Shown one piece after another: positions 47,532-57,364 of a DNA stretch of 64,000 bases (the stretch's first letter is position 1; each line of letters begins with the position of its first letter). The stretch comes from a phage. The DNA lies in the NCBI GenBank assembly GCA_025812035.1, contig GCA_025812035.1_4719.1; one strand, 5' to 3'. The notes under the pieces are model-generated. The model was given only the letters and a program-made list of their open reading frames with translations. It did not search any database and was not told where the DNA came from. The position numbers and the translations under genes were made by a program.

Positions 47532-50336
47532 TTACGCTAATTTACCGAAACCGGCTTTCTGTAGTTTCTCGTTGATCAGTTTTGCTTCAGCGAAAACATA
47601 ATCACGATATGCGGTAACTAACCCATCCACCCGTGAACGCAAGGCTTCTTCGAAGCTATACCACGCAGCGATTTCACGAATCTGAGCGTTGATATAATCA
47701 ACGGTTGAGCGAAGCTCGGTTGCATTTTCTTGCGGGATGGCTTTCACCTGGCGAGCAACGTCATTTAAACGACGGAACTGTGTTTCGATTTCTTTAAACT
47801 TACTGTCAGCAAGTTTGCTGAATTCGTCACCGGAACGAGTAAATAACAGATAGCTGTTGCCATCAAGTGCGGTCGCTAACTGCTGAAGTACATTGGTGTC
47901 CGGATACACAGGAGTACCGCTTTGCAGTACTTTCTCACCGAATTCCGCGAAGTCCTTCGGCGGTAAGTGTGCAGACGTTGTCAATTCGTTGAAACGGAAA
48001 GTCAGCGAACTATCATACAACATCCGGTACGCTTCCATACCCTGTTTCATGGTACCAGCCAGGTTAGCCAGACGCGGAGCAATTTCACCCTCTTTAGCGC
48101 GCTTCTGGTCTTCTAACGCCCCTTCCAGTTCTTTACACTGGTCGTTCAGATACACGATACGATCGGGACGCAGACGACGCATCTCACGAAGAATAGTATC
48201 CAGCTTACCTTCCTGGAAATAACCTAGCGTTAAAGACGTACACGCTTGTTGAAGACGATCGAACACTGGTAAGGTTACCATCTCTTTACGGATACCATCA
48301 ACAATCGCAGAAACAGCCGAAAGTTTCTGTTCTGTGGTTAATGGAACGTCAGAGACCGACTTGCTGGGCGCACCAACAACGTTACGCATTGCGTCGGTAT
48401 CCTCGGTTTTATCAACCTCTTTACGAACATTCTCGTCGGGAACATAAACGTTCGCATTACGTTTTGCCTGTTTGATGGCATCGCTGGCCGCTTTTTCGGT
48501 GGCCGCTACGCTATCGGCACGTTTCTTCAAGAGTTCAATAATCCAAAGCAACAGACGACGAATCGCAGTGTAGGCTGTCGTGATGATGACGCCGATAACA
48601 GCCATCTTCATGATACCGAACGATTCCATGGTCGGCTCTAACGCCTGGTCAGGCATATACCGTTCACGCAGCTCCAGATAGATCTGCTCATCCGGTTTGC
48701 TGATCTCACCACGATGCGAAGTCCGATAGATGGCTTCGTCAATCTCAACAAGATCTTTACGTGCTTGACGGTCTGTTTCGGTCAAATAAGCGCAGCCGGA
48801 TACGTCGTCTTCAAAACTTTCGAACTTAAAGAAATCGACAACCATCTTGGCAAGCGCCTCTTTCTTAGCAGGATCGAGCGTCTTCGCATCTTCTTTTTGC
48901 TTATCCATTTTTTCCTTGAATTTCTCTTTGTAGTCATTCAAGGGTTTTACCGCTCTTGCCCTCAACGCGTTATAGATAGTTTTCCAACTTTCTTCGCGTT
49001 CTAAGATAAGGAAGTAGTTTTTGAGTTCGAAAGCACGGTAACGTGCAACGAGCTGTTCTACCTGAGCATGAGCGAGTTGTACATCCATCAACCAGCGGGA
49101 CAATGCTGAAACCAAACGACTATAAGCAAGCAGCGTTTGATATGTCAGCTTCATGTGTTTCTCGTAGAGTTCAATATCTCCGCCCCGGATATCAGCTGTC
49201 GGGTTCATCTCCTTAGTTGCTTTGAAGACTTGTTCAGCTTCATTCAACACTTGCTCGAACTTGACTTCATTGAACGCGTTGAATGGTTCGGCCAGTTCAT
49301 CCATCTGTTCGTGAAGCTCGCGAACCCAAGCTTCTTTGTGATTACGAATGACCGCATCAGCGTGGAGCACGGTTTGATGTTTCTGTACCCATTCTTCGAC
49401 GATATCTGCCGCTGCAACAACACCCATGTTGTCGGAAATCAACGGAATAACATTGGAGAGCATACCAGCACACGCTGGTGTTTTCCAATGATCGTTTAAC
49501 GCGTTACGGAACGCAATAATGTCCGTCATAGACGTAGTGATATCGAGGAACGTGTTACCGTTACGACTCATGCTTGCGATATTTGCAGCAAACGTCTTTT
49601 GCTGATCTACAACGAATGGAATCAATAGCATCAACCATTCAGCAACGCATTTTGCTTTGTCTTTCAGGTTTTTGTCGGCTATTTCTTTGAGATTGATTGC
49701 GCTACCATAACCCGCAAGTTCGTTATATACGTCGTTCAAGGTCATCTGCTTATCCAGCATTTCTCTGAAACGCGGATAATCTTCCCCTAACGCATCGATG
49801 ACATCTTGGATAACATCGTCAGTTGTGGCGATAAATTTCTTCGCGTCGACTTTAGATTTCCAGACGTGTCGTACCGCTTTCTTGATTCCTTCAAAGATAA
49901 ACGCCCAGATACGCTTGATGAGTTCCCAGACTTTCTTCGCACCATCGACAAACAGTTTAGAGACTTTGGCAACGAATCCTTCCTGCACCAACTCAACGCC
50001 GTTACGTGATGGAATTTCGGTGAAGAAAGCATCCGGCAGTTGTTTCGGGAACGCATCACCAAGACGCATACGCAATTCGGGTACATCGGCACGAGAAATA
50101 CCACGCGTCGTTAGCTGCTCGTGAAGACGAACGTTTTCTTCACCAGAGGCTACGAATTCGTTAACGTCAAATGAAACCAGTTCTTGATCTTCGGTGGTAA
50201 CGACGCTTGAACCATCACTGGTTTGGATGTCTTCGTCAGGGAATGCCATGAGCATACCGTGACGCATTTCAACCACCCCGTAATCGGTTGCTAAACCGAA
50301 TTCGTTGTGATCGGGGGTAATAACTGGGATACTCAT
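47532..50336 (-). CDS. large virion-type protein (934 aa) with two copies of the EGF/ESF + amphipathic-helix motif
   Basis: ORF track; motifs VQEGFVAKVSKLFVDGAKKVWELIKRIWAFIFEGIKK and MESFGIMKMAVIGVIITTAYTAIRRLLLWIIELLKK resemble the paralog family. Confidence 0.6.
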   Translation of the reverse strand: MSIPVITPDHNEFGLATDYGVVEMRHGMLMAFPDEDIQTSDGSSVVTTEDQELVSFDVNEFVASGEENVRLHEQLTTRGISRADVPELRMRLGDAFPKQLPDAFFTEIPSRNGVELVQEGFVAKVSKLFVDGAKKVWELIKRIWAFIFEGIKKAVRHVWKSKVDAKKFIATTDDVIQDVIDALGEDYPRFREMLDKQMTLNDVYNELAGYGSAINLKEIADKNLKDKAKCVAEWLMLLIPFVVDQQKTFAANIASMSRNGNTFLDITTSMTDIIAFRNALNDHWKTPACAGMLSNVIPLISDNMGVVAAADIVEEWVQKHQTVLHADAVIRNHKEAWVRELHEQMDELAEPFNAFNEVKFEQVLNEAEQVFKATKEMNPTADIRGGDIELYEKHMKLTYQTLLAYSRLVSALSRWLMDVQLAHAQVEQLVARYRAFELKNYFLILEREESWKTIYNALRARAVKPLNDYKEKFKEKMDKQKEDAKTLDPAKKEALAKMVVDFFKFESFEDDVSGCAYLTETDRQARKDLVEIDEAIYRTSHRGEISKPDEQIYLELRERYMPDQALEPTMESFGIMKMAVIGVIITTAYTAIRRLLLWIIELLKKRADSVAATEKAASDAIKQAKRNANVYVPDENVRKEVDKTEDTDAMRNVVGAPSKSVSDVPLTTEQKLSAVSAIVDGIRKEMVTLPVFDRLQQACTSLTLGYFQEGKLDTILREMRRLRPDRIVYLNDQCKELEGALEDQKRAKEGEIAPRLANLAGTMKQGMEAYRMLYDSSLTFRFNELTTSAHLPPKDFAEFGEKVLQSGTPVYPDTNVLQQLATALDGNSYLLFTRSGDEFSKLADSKFKEIETQFRRLNDVARQVKAIPQENATELRSTVDYINAQIREIAAWYSFEEALRSRVDGLVTAYRDYVFAEAKLINEKLQKAGFGKLA

Positions 50337-50773
50337 GCATTCTCTCCTTGCAGTGCGTTAGCGAAAGCCGTTGCGAGTTGCGCAACCAGCTTAGGATCAA
50401 CACCTTCGATAACGTCAGGCAGCCCTGCGGTTTCTTGGTCACGAACAGCGGAGGCTAATAACAGCATGGTTTCAGGTGCGGTTGGCTCATGCACCATGCG
50501 GTAACGCAGGCACCAGAAGTAGCGGGCAACGTCTAACGCATCAGTCAGCCCAATAACCAGTACCTTGTTCAGCTTATCCAACCCGTCACGGATTTTAGGG
50601 AGATGTTCACGAACGAAGATGCTATCCGCAGTCAGATCTTCTTTTTCAGCGAATACTGGCATGCTGTAACCGGCGATGTAACCTGCAGCAATACTTAATG
50701 CGCGGGTCTGTTGTTCGGCTGGGAAGTCACGTACCAGGTCTTTCAGCTGAACGGCGAAATCAGAAATATTCAT
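50333..50773 (-). CDS. hypothetical protein (146 aa)
   Basis: ORF track; 4-nt overlap with downstream gene. Confidence 0.55.
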   Translation of the reverse strand: MNISDFAVQLKDLVRDFPAEQQTRALSIAAGYIAGYSMPVFAEKEDLTADSIFVREHLPKIRDGLDKLNKVLVIGLTDALDVARYFWCLRYRMVHEPTAPETMLLLASAVRDQETAGLPDVIEGVDPKLVAQLATAFANALQGENA

Positions 50774-50806
50774 GTTAAATTCCTTTATAGTAGAAGGTGA
50801 ATTAGG

Positions 50807-52117
50807 TTACGCGACGACAGAGTCGAGTTTCGCTGACACTTTGAACAGATCGTTGTTCATTGTGGAAGAAAGGACTTGTTGAATTTCTTCCTGTTTAACG
50901 GCTTTACGAACCCCAGGGCGAAGGATAAGCGTAACCATCTGTGAGAAGGTACGGTTATTGTTCATCACACTCAGTGTTTCATCGATTGTTTTGATGGTAT
51001 CCAACGTCATGGAACGAACGTCGCTTGGGACATCACGATCTTTCAGACGTATGATTAAATCTTGTTTGATTTTACGGAATCGTTCCATGTCGTTATCGTA
51101 AATGCTGTATGTTGGATCTAACCAAACAGAAAGCGCGGTTACGGCTACAACAACGAACACACCGATAGCGCCAACAGAAGCTAAACCTATCGCCATCATA
51201 GAGGCTATAGTAGCATCCATGATGAAGGAGAGCCAGAACATCGTTTTAGACTTCATGGAGTTGGTACCATAAAGCCGAAACATTTTAGCAAGCCCGCTAA
51301 CAAGATACTCCCCACCACCATGACGCGTAGCGAACTGATCAGCCATGAATTCGGAAGCAACGTCAGTGTATCGTCCAGCATTGTTTACGTTTCTTAACTG
51401 CATTGCTTTGTTAGAAACATAAACCGTATACCAGACACTACCGTCGTCTGAGTCGCTGATTTTGTTTACATCAACGTTAGTATCCAGCGTTTTGTTTAAC
51501 GCTTTAGCCAGTTCGATACGTTTTACTTTATCGGTTGTTCCCAACAGTTCACGCTGTACGGTCATGATCGAGGCTTCGACACGAACCGTTTCCGATAATG
51601 TTTCAAGGAAAGTAAATGCGTGACCGATTTCATGCAGCATTATGGCTGCTTTTTCTTCCGGAAGAAAGGGTTCTGTCGCTGTTAGCAGTTCATACGTGAT
51701 GGCAGAACGAATCTTCAACTCTTCAAAGATCCCGTAAACACGACCTTTTTCTAAATCGACATAACCGACAGGCGTATCTTTAATCTTCTTAAGGAGCGCA
51801 ATACCATCGACACCACGCATCCATAATCGATGATAGTCTGCCATGATTGTGTTGTTTGTCGAAATATCCGGTGGGTATACGTAGGCATTCATCTGACCCA
51901 TTTTCACGTCAACCGAAAATTCGATGTTCAACCCAGTATAGCGTTTAACCATCTCGGTTAAATGGCCGTCCTTGAAAACGTTTAAAACATCTTTTTTATC
52001 CAGTCCCTGTTTGCTTCTGAAGAACTCGGTCATCTCCTTGAACAAAGAGCCATCTTGAAAATTGATGGCCTCCATCTTTAATTCATCATGACCATACACA
52101 CGTTGTAATAATGACAT
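50807..52117 (-). CDS. membrane-associated Zn metalloprotease, M48 (HtpX/Ste24)-like
   Basis: ORF track; HEIGH (HExxH) followed ~95 aa later by SEFMADQFA (E-x-x-A-D-x-x-A type third ligand motif as I recall for M48), then a ~40-aa hydrophobic stretch (MFWLSFIMDATIASMMAIGLASVGAIGVFVVVAVTALSVWL). Confidence 0.55.
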   Translation of the reverse strand: MSLLQRVYGHDELKMEAINFQDGSLFKEMTEFFRSKQGLDKKDVLNVFKDGHLTEMVKRYTGLNIEFSVDVKMGQMNAYVYPPDISTNNTIMADYHRLWMRGVDGIALLKKIKDTPVGYVDLEKGRVYGIFEELKIRSAITYELLTATEPFLPEEKAAIMLHEIGHAFTFLETLSETVRVEASIMTVQRELLGTTDKVKRIELAKALNKTLDTNVDVNKISDSDDGSVWYTVYVSNKAMQLRNVNNAGRYTDVASEFMADQFATRHGGGEYLVSGLAKMFRLYGTNSMKSKTMFWLSFIMDATIASMMAIGLASVGAIGVFVVVAVTALSVWLDPTYSIYDNDMERFRKIKQDLIIRLKDRDVPSDVRSMTLDTIKTIDETLSVMNNNRTFSQMVTLILRPGVRKAVKQEEIQQVLSSTMNNDLFKVSAKLDSVVA

Positions 52118-52338
52118 TGTACACTCTCTAAATTTACGTAAATTTAAGGGCTAACGGATCGGCTGGCCGCACCAATCACAATGTGTTCGTTGCTATGCAA
52201 CGGCATTCATAGAAATACCTTTTGACGGTAACATCACCTTTCACACCCCAAGCAATAAGAGTGGTCGGTTAAAAACAACAGAACGTGAGGATGATATAGA
52301 AATTCACCTTTTAACACCTATTACGAGTTTATCAAGCC

Positions 52339-54090
52339 ATGAGCGAACAAGAACGAAAACCTAAGAAGAAACTGCTCGGTATTCAATGTCGACACATCAG
52401 TTATAACGAAGCGAACGATGGCAGTAAGAACGATCTCATGATTGCAAAAGAGATCATGTTCTTTGATGATAATACGCAGGCAACGAACCTTCGATTCTTC
52501 GAGAATTACAAACGTCCATTTTGGGTGACGGTAGAGAGTAAACGTAAGAACAAATATAAAAAGGAAAGCGAGAAGCTCTCGCATGTACGTCGCTATGATG
52601 TCCGTCAAAGTGAACTGGTCGATAAAATCAGTTCGGTGCTTTATAAAAGACGTGCTGATGATAACACCCGCTTACAACAGCTCGCACGGAGTCCATACCT
52701 CTATGGAACGGACGTTAGCGCTAGCTGTTATTTAAAAACCCAATACAATACAAAATGGCCGGAATACGCCGATAAATTACCTGCCACCATCGCATGTTTC
52801 GATATCGAAACCGACGTTGTTCATGGGCACGGTAAGATCGTTTGTATGTCTATTACAATGGGCTACAATGCGATACTTTGCTATACCAAGGACTTCGTTG
52901 GTCATATTCCGAATGCGATCGAGAAAACCCACGAGAAGATTCGATATTACCTGGCCGAACGTCTGAACACCAAAGAGGATCCTCACGCGTTCGAAAAATA
53001 TCATTACGATGTTCGAATCGTAGAAAGCCCAGCACAAGCGGTCATCCAATGCATGCAGAAGGTTCACGAATGGCAGCCGGATTATCTCCTTGGCTGGAAT
53101 ATCGCGTTCGATATTCCACGTATGCTCCAGGCGCTGAACGAGGAAGGGTATCGTCCCGAGGATGTTTTCTCCGATCCTCGCGTACCCCCTAAGTATCGCA
53201 TTGCTCGCTGGGTACCACCGAAGACCGACAAGGTATCTGCTTCAGGTCGTAAAACCAACCTTACCCTTGAGCAGACCTGGCCGATGTTTTATACGATGGC
53301 TACATACCAGGTTATGGATGCGATGTGTGGTTATAAGTTCGTTCGTTTAGGAAGACCGGATGAAGGACGTTATTCACTCGATGCGGTGTTAGAGCGTAAT
53401 AAATGTCATACGAAACTAAAAGCGATTCCTGGTACAGAAGGGTTCACGGAGCTCGCCTGGCACGAAGAGATGCAAACGAACCATCAAATCGACTACGGCG
53501 TATATAACCTTTGGGATAACCAAGGTATTGAGGCATTGGACCAGAAAACAAAAGACTATTCGATGACCATCCCTATTCGTTTAGCGGCGTCGGATTTGAA
53601 AGATTTCAGTTCCAACCCTAAACGTATCTGTGATAAACTTTTCTTCGTTTATCTTAACCGTGGGGAAGTCATGGGATGCACCGCCGACGACATGACCCAG
53701 GAAGAAGATAAATGGGTTATCTCACGAGCAGGACATATCGTCACATTACCATGCGATCTCATGGCAGACAACGGCATACATCTCTTCTGGGATATGCCGA
53801 ACTTGAGAAGTTATATCCGTCTATTCGTTGCAGACCTTGACATAAGCAGTTCATACCCGAATGGGCAGATCCTGCTCAATCTATCCAGGGCGTGTGTTTT
53901 TCGTGAGCTCTCACGTATTGAGGGCGTCTCTGACTATCAATTCAGGAAGCTAGGTATCAACTTTATTACCGGAGGTAAAACGAACGCGGTAGACTTCTGT
54001 AGAATCGTTTATAAAGCACCATCGATGTTCGAACTCTTAGAACATTTCGATGCGACGCGTCCGAAAGAGGAAGCGCGAACCATCGAATGA
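52339..54090 (+). CDS. family B DNA polymerase, N-terminal part (3'-5' exonuclease domain plus palm motif A); motifs B and C not encoded here
   Basis: ORF track; Exo I ACFDIETD, Exo II LGWNIAFDIPRM, Exo III YGVYNLWD, motif A-like DLDISSSYPNG (cf. DxxSLYPS); ORF ends ~70 aa after motif A with no YGDTDS-type motif; followed by a hairpin and T-rich tract. Confidence 0.6.
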   Translation: MSEQERKPKKKLLGIQCRHISYNEANDGSKNDLMIAKEIMFFDDNTQATNLRFFENYKRPFWVTVESKRKNKYKKESEKLSHVRRYDVRQSELVDKISSVLYKRRADDNTRLQQLARSPYLYGTDVSASCYLKTQYNTKWPEYADKLPATIACFDIETDVVHGHGKIVCMSITMGYNAILCYTKDFVGHIPNAIEKTHEKIRYYLAERLNTKEDPHAFEKYHYDVRIVESPAQAVIQCMQKVHEWQPDYLLGWNIAFDIPRMLQALNEEGYRPEDVFSDPRVPPKYRIARWVPPKTDKVSASGRKTNLTLEQTWPMFYTMATYQVMDAMCGYKFVRLGRPDEGRYSLDAVLERNKCHTKLKAIPGTEGFTELAWHEEMQTNHQIDYGVYNLWDNQGIEALDQKTKDYSMTIPIRLAASDLKDFSSNPKRICDKLFFVYLNRGEVMGCTADDMTQEEDKWVISRAGHIVTLPCDLMADNGIHLFWDMPNLRSYIRLFVADLDISSSYPNGQILLNLSRACVFRELSRIEGVSDYQFRKLGINFITGGKTNAVDFCRIVYKAPSMFELLEHFDATRPKEEARTIE

Positions 54091-54138
54091 TTAAAGTATG
54101 TTGATCCTCGTTTAACAAAAAAGAAAACGCATGCGAAG

Positions 54139-54170
54139 CCCCTCCCCCTGGCGGAAGCCGGAGGGAGGGG
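54139..54170. terminator. hairpin terminator after the polymerase gene
   Basis: CCCCTCCC…CGG-AAG-CCG…GGGAGGGG imperfect nested stem, then TGGAGGTTTTATGTGTTTTTAATT on plus; convergent with the first gene of the small-paralog array. Confidence 0.6.
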
Positions 54171-54188
54171 TGGAGGTTTTATGTGTTT

Positions 54189-54638
54189 TTAATTATTATT
54201 GGTGGGGTTATCGTCCGGTTTATATTCAATGCCGTAGGCGACGTAACGGTCTGTTGTATGGACGACAAGCGAGATAGGGAAATCATAATGCATAGTTTTG
54301 TCTCGAACGAGCTGAGTAAAGAGATCCATATAACGTATTAAGTCTTCACTGGTGTAATCAGAAGGGAAGAAGACATCGATGGTTATTGAATCTTCATAGA
54401 GGCGTACGACCAACTTATCCAGAAGGTCGGCATATTGGTTAGCCGGGGTGACGTCCATCTGACAGATGCCACGATCTCCTTCGTCTCGCGATACCCACAT
54501 CGTGGTATCCTGTAATGAGGTTTCAAGGATCTCGAAAATACATTTTGCTGTAAGTCTTAGTTTATTTGTTACGTCATGGTTAGGTGAATAATGGTCACGG
54601 ATGTTTTTCACTGCGTCTTTGATAGAGAAAGTCATCAT
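54189..54638 (-). CDS. small acidic protein, member 1 of tandem paralog array (149 aa)
   Basis: ORF track; C-terminal signature HYDFPISLVVHTTDRYVAYGIEYKPDDNP shared with neighbours. Confidence 0.6.
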   Translation of the reverse strand: MMTFSIKDAVKNIRDHYSPNHDVTNKLRLTAKCIFEILETSLQDTTMWVSRDEGDRGICQMDVTPANQYADLLDKLVVRLYEDSITIDVFFPSDYTSEDLIRYMDLFTQLVRDKTMHYDFPISLVVHTTDRYVAYGIEYKPDDNPTNNN

Positions 54639-54648
54639 TGATGCTCCT

Positions 54649-55158
54649 TCAAATGAAATTAATACGTGCGGCTGTCGAAACGAGTTCGCTTGTAAAGCAA
54701 TGCTTACCGTCGGGATTTACCGTGTGGGTAAGTTTACAAACCTTAGCGGCAGGGTTAGCGCCGATGACAAGGACGGTCGTCATATCGAACAGTTCCACAC
54801 GTTGAAGAAATGCCGTATCGGCTACCTTCTGTAAACCGGTTGCTTCAAAATCGATGTGGTCGTTAAGAGGCACCAATTGGATTTCAATACGTTCTTTGAA
54901 AAGTTTAAACGTTACTGAAAACCGATGAGGTTCGGCATTAAGCCATAAAGGTCCGCGTTGGAAGTGCTGATATGCTTCATTCGCGGTGTTCTCGAAAACC
55001 CAGCAGTCGTGGACAAGAGAAGCCTCTTGTAACGATGATTCCAGGTAGTCAAATACCTTGTTTATCGTTTTCTCAAGCATAGGTGCTAGTGAACCAGGGT
55101 ATCCAGCAAATGCTGCTTCGGCAATCGATTTTATTGATACGATGTTGTTCTGACTCAT
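54649..55158 (-). CDS. small protein, member 2 of tandem paralog array (~169 aa)
   Basis: ORF track 54649..55185; ATG 55156-55158 with AAGGAA SD; N-terminal helix LEKTINKVFDYLESSL and FDMTTVLVIG…VNPDG weak family signature. Confidence 0.5.
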   Translation of the reverse strand: MSQNNIVSIKSIAEAAFAGYPGSLAPMLEKTINKVFDYLESSLQEASLVHDCWVFENTANEAYQHFQRGPLWLNAEPHRFSVTFKLFKERIEIQLVPLNDHIDFEATGLQKVADTAFLQRVELFDMTTVLVIGANPAAKVCKLTHTVNPDGKHCFTSELVSTAARINFI

Positions 55159-55162
55159 TTCT

Positions 55163-55615
55163 TTATTCCTTGTTGGCTTCTTCAATGTACTTGGTGTCGT
55201 AAGACAAATGCTGAATTAATTTTCTAGGCTCGATGAAAATACGACACGTGATAAACACATCAGGGTTGTATTGTTCCACGCAACGTCCGAAGGCTTGTTT
55301 TGCGGCGTGACGCATCAACACTAATTCCCGATCGTTCATCTCATCATCAAATTCGATATGTATCGTGATTTTATCGGGAAATAAATAGATAGAGTAATCG
55401 CTACCAATACCGTCGTCGTCAAAGCGATAATCGTTGTGGTAATGGTGAAGTTTACCTTCGTGTACCGTCTGGTACCACCCGACGATACTATCAAGACCCA
55501 TACCCAGGCGTCCGAATGCCTGATTAATAATATCCTCGACGACGGATGCGGGGGTGGGACCATTGAACAATCTATCCAGACGTTTTTTCATCGATTTGTC
55601 TGTTTTCACATTCAT
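55163..55615 (-). CDS. small protein, member 3 of tandem paralog array (~150 aa)
   Basis: ORF track 55163..55666; ATG 55613-55615 with AGGAA SD avoids the hairpin at ~55646-55681; C-terminal FITCRIFIEP…. Confidence 0.5.
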   Translation of the reverse strand: MNVKTDKSMKKRLDRLFNGPTPASVVEDIINQAFGRLGMGLDSIVGWYQTVHEGKLHHYHNDYRFDDDGIGSDYSIYLFPDKITIHIEFDDEMNDRELVLMRHAAKQAFGRCVEQYNPDVFITCRIFIEPRKLIQHLSYDTKYIEEANKE

Positions 55616-55645
55616 CGATTCTGTTCCTGTTATAGTCAGTATAAA

Positions 55646-55681
55646 CCCTCCTTCCCTAGCCATCAAGGCCGGGGAAGGGGG
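55646..55681 (-). terminator. imperfect hairpin inside the small-paralog array
   Basis: CCCTCCTTCCC…GGGGAAGGGGG with mismatches; lies between members 3 and 4. Confidence 0.4.
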
Positions 55682-55693
55682 TATGTGCGTTAT

Positions 55694-56101
55694 TTATGCT
55701 TCGTTGTCAACTAAAGGTGCTGTATGTTTCTTACCGTCGATGTGCCAAATGAGACACGCTGGATAGAGGTTAACATCTAGAGAGCAGGGGAGGCCATATT
55801 TCTCTTCCAGTTCGTAAAGACGTTCAGCGAGCTGCTTCCGTCCATCATCATCGTTTTGCAATGCATGATGGCCGAATCGTTGCTGGTCGTTCTTTACATA
55901 CGCCTCGAAAAGTATATGTTGTTGAAAAACGATGATTCTTACACCTTCAAGTATGTCGGTGTCGAGCATGCGAGAAAAACTCATACATGCCTCTGATGCC
56001 GAAGACGAGTTTTCCTCTTTAACAATATCAATCATCGCGGTGATACGTGGCTGATCGATGTTGTCGTTAACCGCTTTAACGATGGAATCTACAATACTCA
56101 T
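55694..56101 (-). CDS. small protein, member 4 of tandem paralog array (135 aa)
   Basis: ORF track; N-terminal helix SIVDSIVKAVNDNI; weak C-terminal signature LPCSLDVNLYP. Confidence 0.5.
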   Translation of the reverse strand: MSIVDSIVKAVNDNIDQPRITAMIDIVKEENSSSASEACMSFSRMLDTDILEGVRIIVFQQHILFEAYVKNDQQRFGHHALQNDDDGRKQLAERLYELEEKYGLPCSLDVNLYPACLIWHIDGKKHTAPLVDNEA

Positions 56102-56138
56102 TTTTTATCCTTAATGTTACCGGTTTAGAAATATTATT

Positions 56139-56903
56139 TTATTTACTGTTATCCTTATCGACAGTTGTTACCCATGATGGGAAAGCCGGATGGAAACAGA
56201 GCGTGAACGTAACCTTCGCATCGTATTTAAGCGCGTGGTTCACTAACCGGGTATCGAACGTTTTCCTTAGCCCGTCATCATCATTATCGATGATAGTCAT
56301 ATCCCTTAATATCCCAAGCACGTTAACGCCATCGGGTGTCTGGGTTACGACGACTCGTCGTAACGGCCCATGTGTATAGTCACGTACGTATCCTTTCTTC
56401 GGGTCCGATACTCTGTTTAACGCATCGCGATTTTCGATGAGTTCATCAGCAATACGATAGATGTGTTCCCTTGCTTTATCGTGATCGTATTCTGCTAATA
56501 GTTCCTTTGTATCGAACGATATCGCGTTACTATCATTCGATTCAGAAGGGAAATAAAGAACTAAACGAACAGGGTATTCGTATTGATCCGTTCTCGTTTC
56601 GAAAACACCGGCTAAACATGGTTTATATGCCTTTGCGTCGACGTTGTCTAAACACGGATGCAATAATGCGTGAATAACGACACCATCGTCAGTTAAACCG
56701 AATTCCAGAAATTGTGTTTCATCGGTATCTGTTACCGTTTTCTGAAGATACGCTTTACCGTTAACGATATCGGTATCCCATATATCGTCGTTTAATGATT
56801 CTTCAAACTTATCGAATATAAGGTTTACGGTATCGATGAGTCCATCGATACGCCACTGCTGATTGCTCTCAATTAATTGCTGAACCTTATCTTTGATAGA
56901 CAT
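56139..56903 (-). CDS. member 5 of tandem paralog array, apparently duplicated-domain form (254 aa)
   Basis: ORF track; two signature-like segments (EYPVRLVLYFPSESNDSNAISFD and KVTFTLCFHP). Confidence 0.55.
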   Translation of the reverse strand: MSIKDKVQQLIESNQQWRIDGLIDTVNLIFDKFEESLNDDIWDTDIVNGKAYLQKTVTDTDETQFLEFGLTDDGVVIHALLHPCLDNVDAKAYKPCLAGVFETRTDQYEYPVRLVLYFPSESNDSNAISFDTKELLAEYDHDKAREHIYRIADELIENRDALNRVSDPKKGYVRDYTHGPLRRVVVTQTPDGVNVLGILRDMTIIDNDDDGLRKTFDTRLVNHALKYDAKVTFTLCFHPAFPSWVTTVDKDNSK

Positions 56904-56905
56904 GA

Positions 56906-57364
56906 TTACTCCTTAGTTCCTTCTTCGTCAGGTGTATACGCCAATGTGAAGAATTCATAACCATCAACAAACTTGAATGTTACTGTAATAGGGAAATCGC
57001 ACGGCATGACGGATTTCATAAATGCATCATTAGCAACCTCAGATAACCGACGTATGACATCTCCCCTGCTGGCGTTGAATGGTAGTTTTATGTCGATAAG
57101 GATGCGGTGCTTGTAAACATAGAAAACAACGGTACTGTCAAGATAAATACCAGAGAGCTGCGTTGTTGGGATGCGTTCCACAATGGAAAAATACGTCCCA
57201 TCAGTATCGCTATTTCCCACCGACCATTTATCGGATTTGCGTAGATTTTCTTTGAGGGATTCGACACTTCGAGTGATGACCTCAACGATAGGCGTGACGT
57301 AAGCGTCTTTATGCGTGTCGAAAAGTTCGTTAACAGTAGACTTGAATGAATATTCTGTTGTCAT
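56906..57364 (-). CDS. small acidic protein, member 6 of tandem paralog array (152 aa)
   Basis: ORF track; signature CDFPITVTFKFVDGYEFFTLAYTPDEEG. Confidence 0.6.
   Translation of the reverse strand: MTTEYSFKSTVNELFDTHKDAYVTPIVEVITRSVESLKENLRKSDKWSVGNSDTDGTYFSIVERIPTTQLSGIYLDSTVVFYVYKHRILIDIKLPFNASRGDVIRRLSEVANDAFMKSVMPCDFPITVTFKFVDGYEFFTLAYTPDEEGTKE

Noticed and set aside
52118-52338. Sigma70-type promoters in the 221-bp divergent region between the protease and polymerase genes
   Set aside because: Only weak partial matches (e.g. TTGACG with no acceptable -10 at 16-18 bp); a phage with its own RNAP need not use them.
53880-54000. Possible polymerase motif B (KLGINFITGGK) in the PolB fragment
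   Set aside because: Only ~35 residues after motif A, whereas motif B lies >100 residues downstream in known family B polymerases; treated as coincidence.
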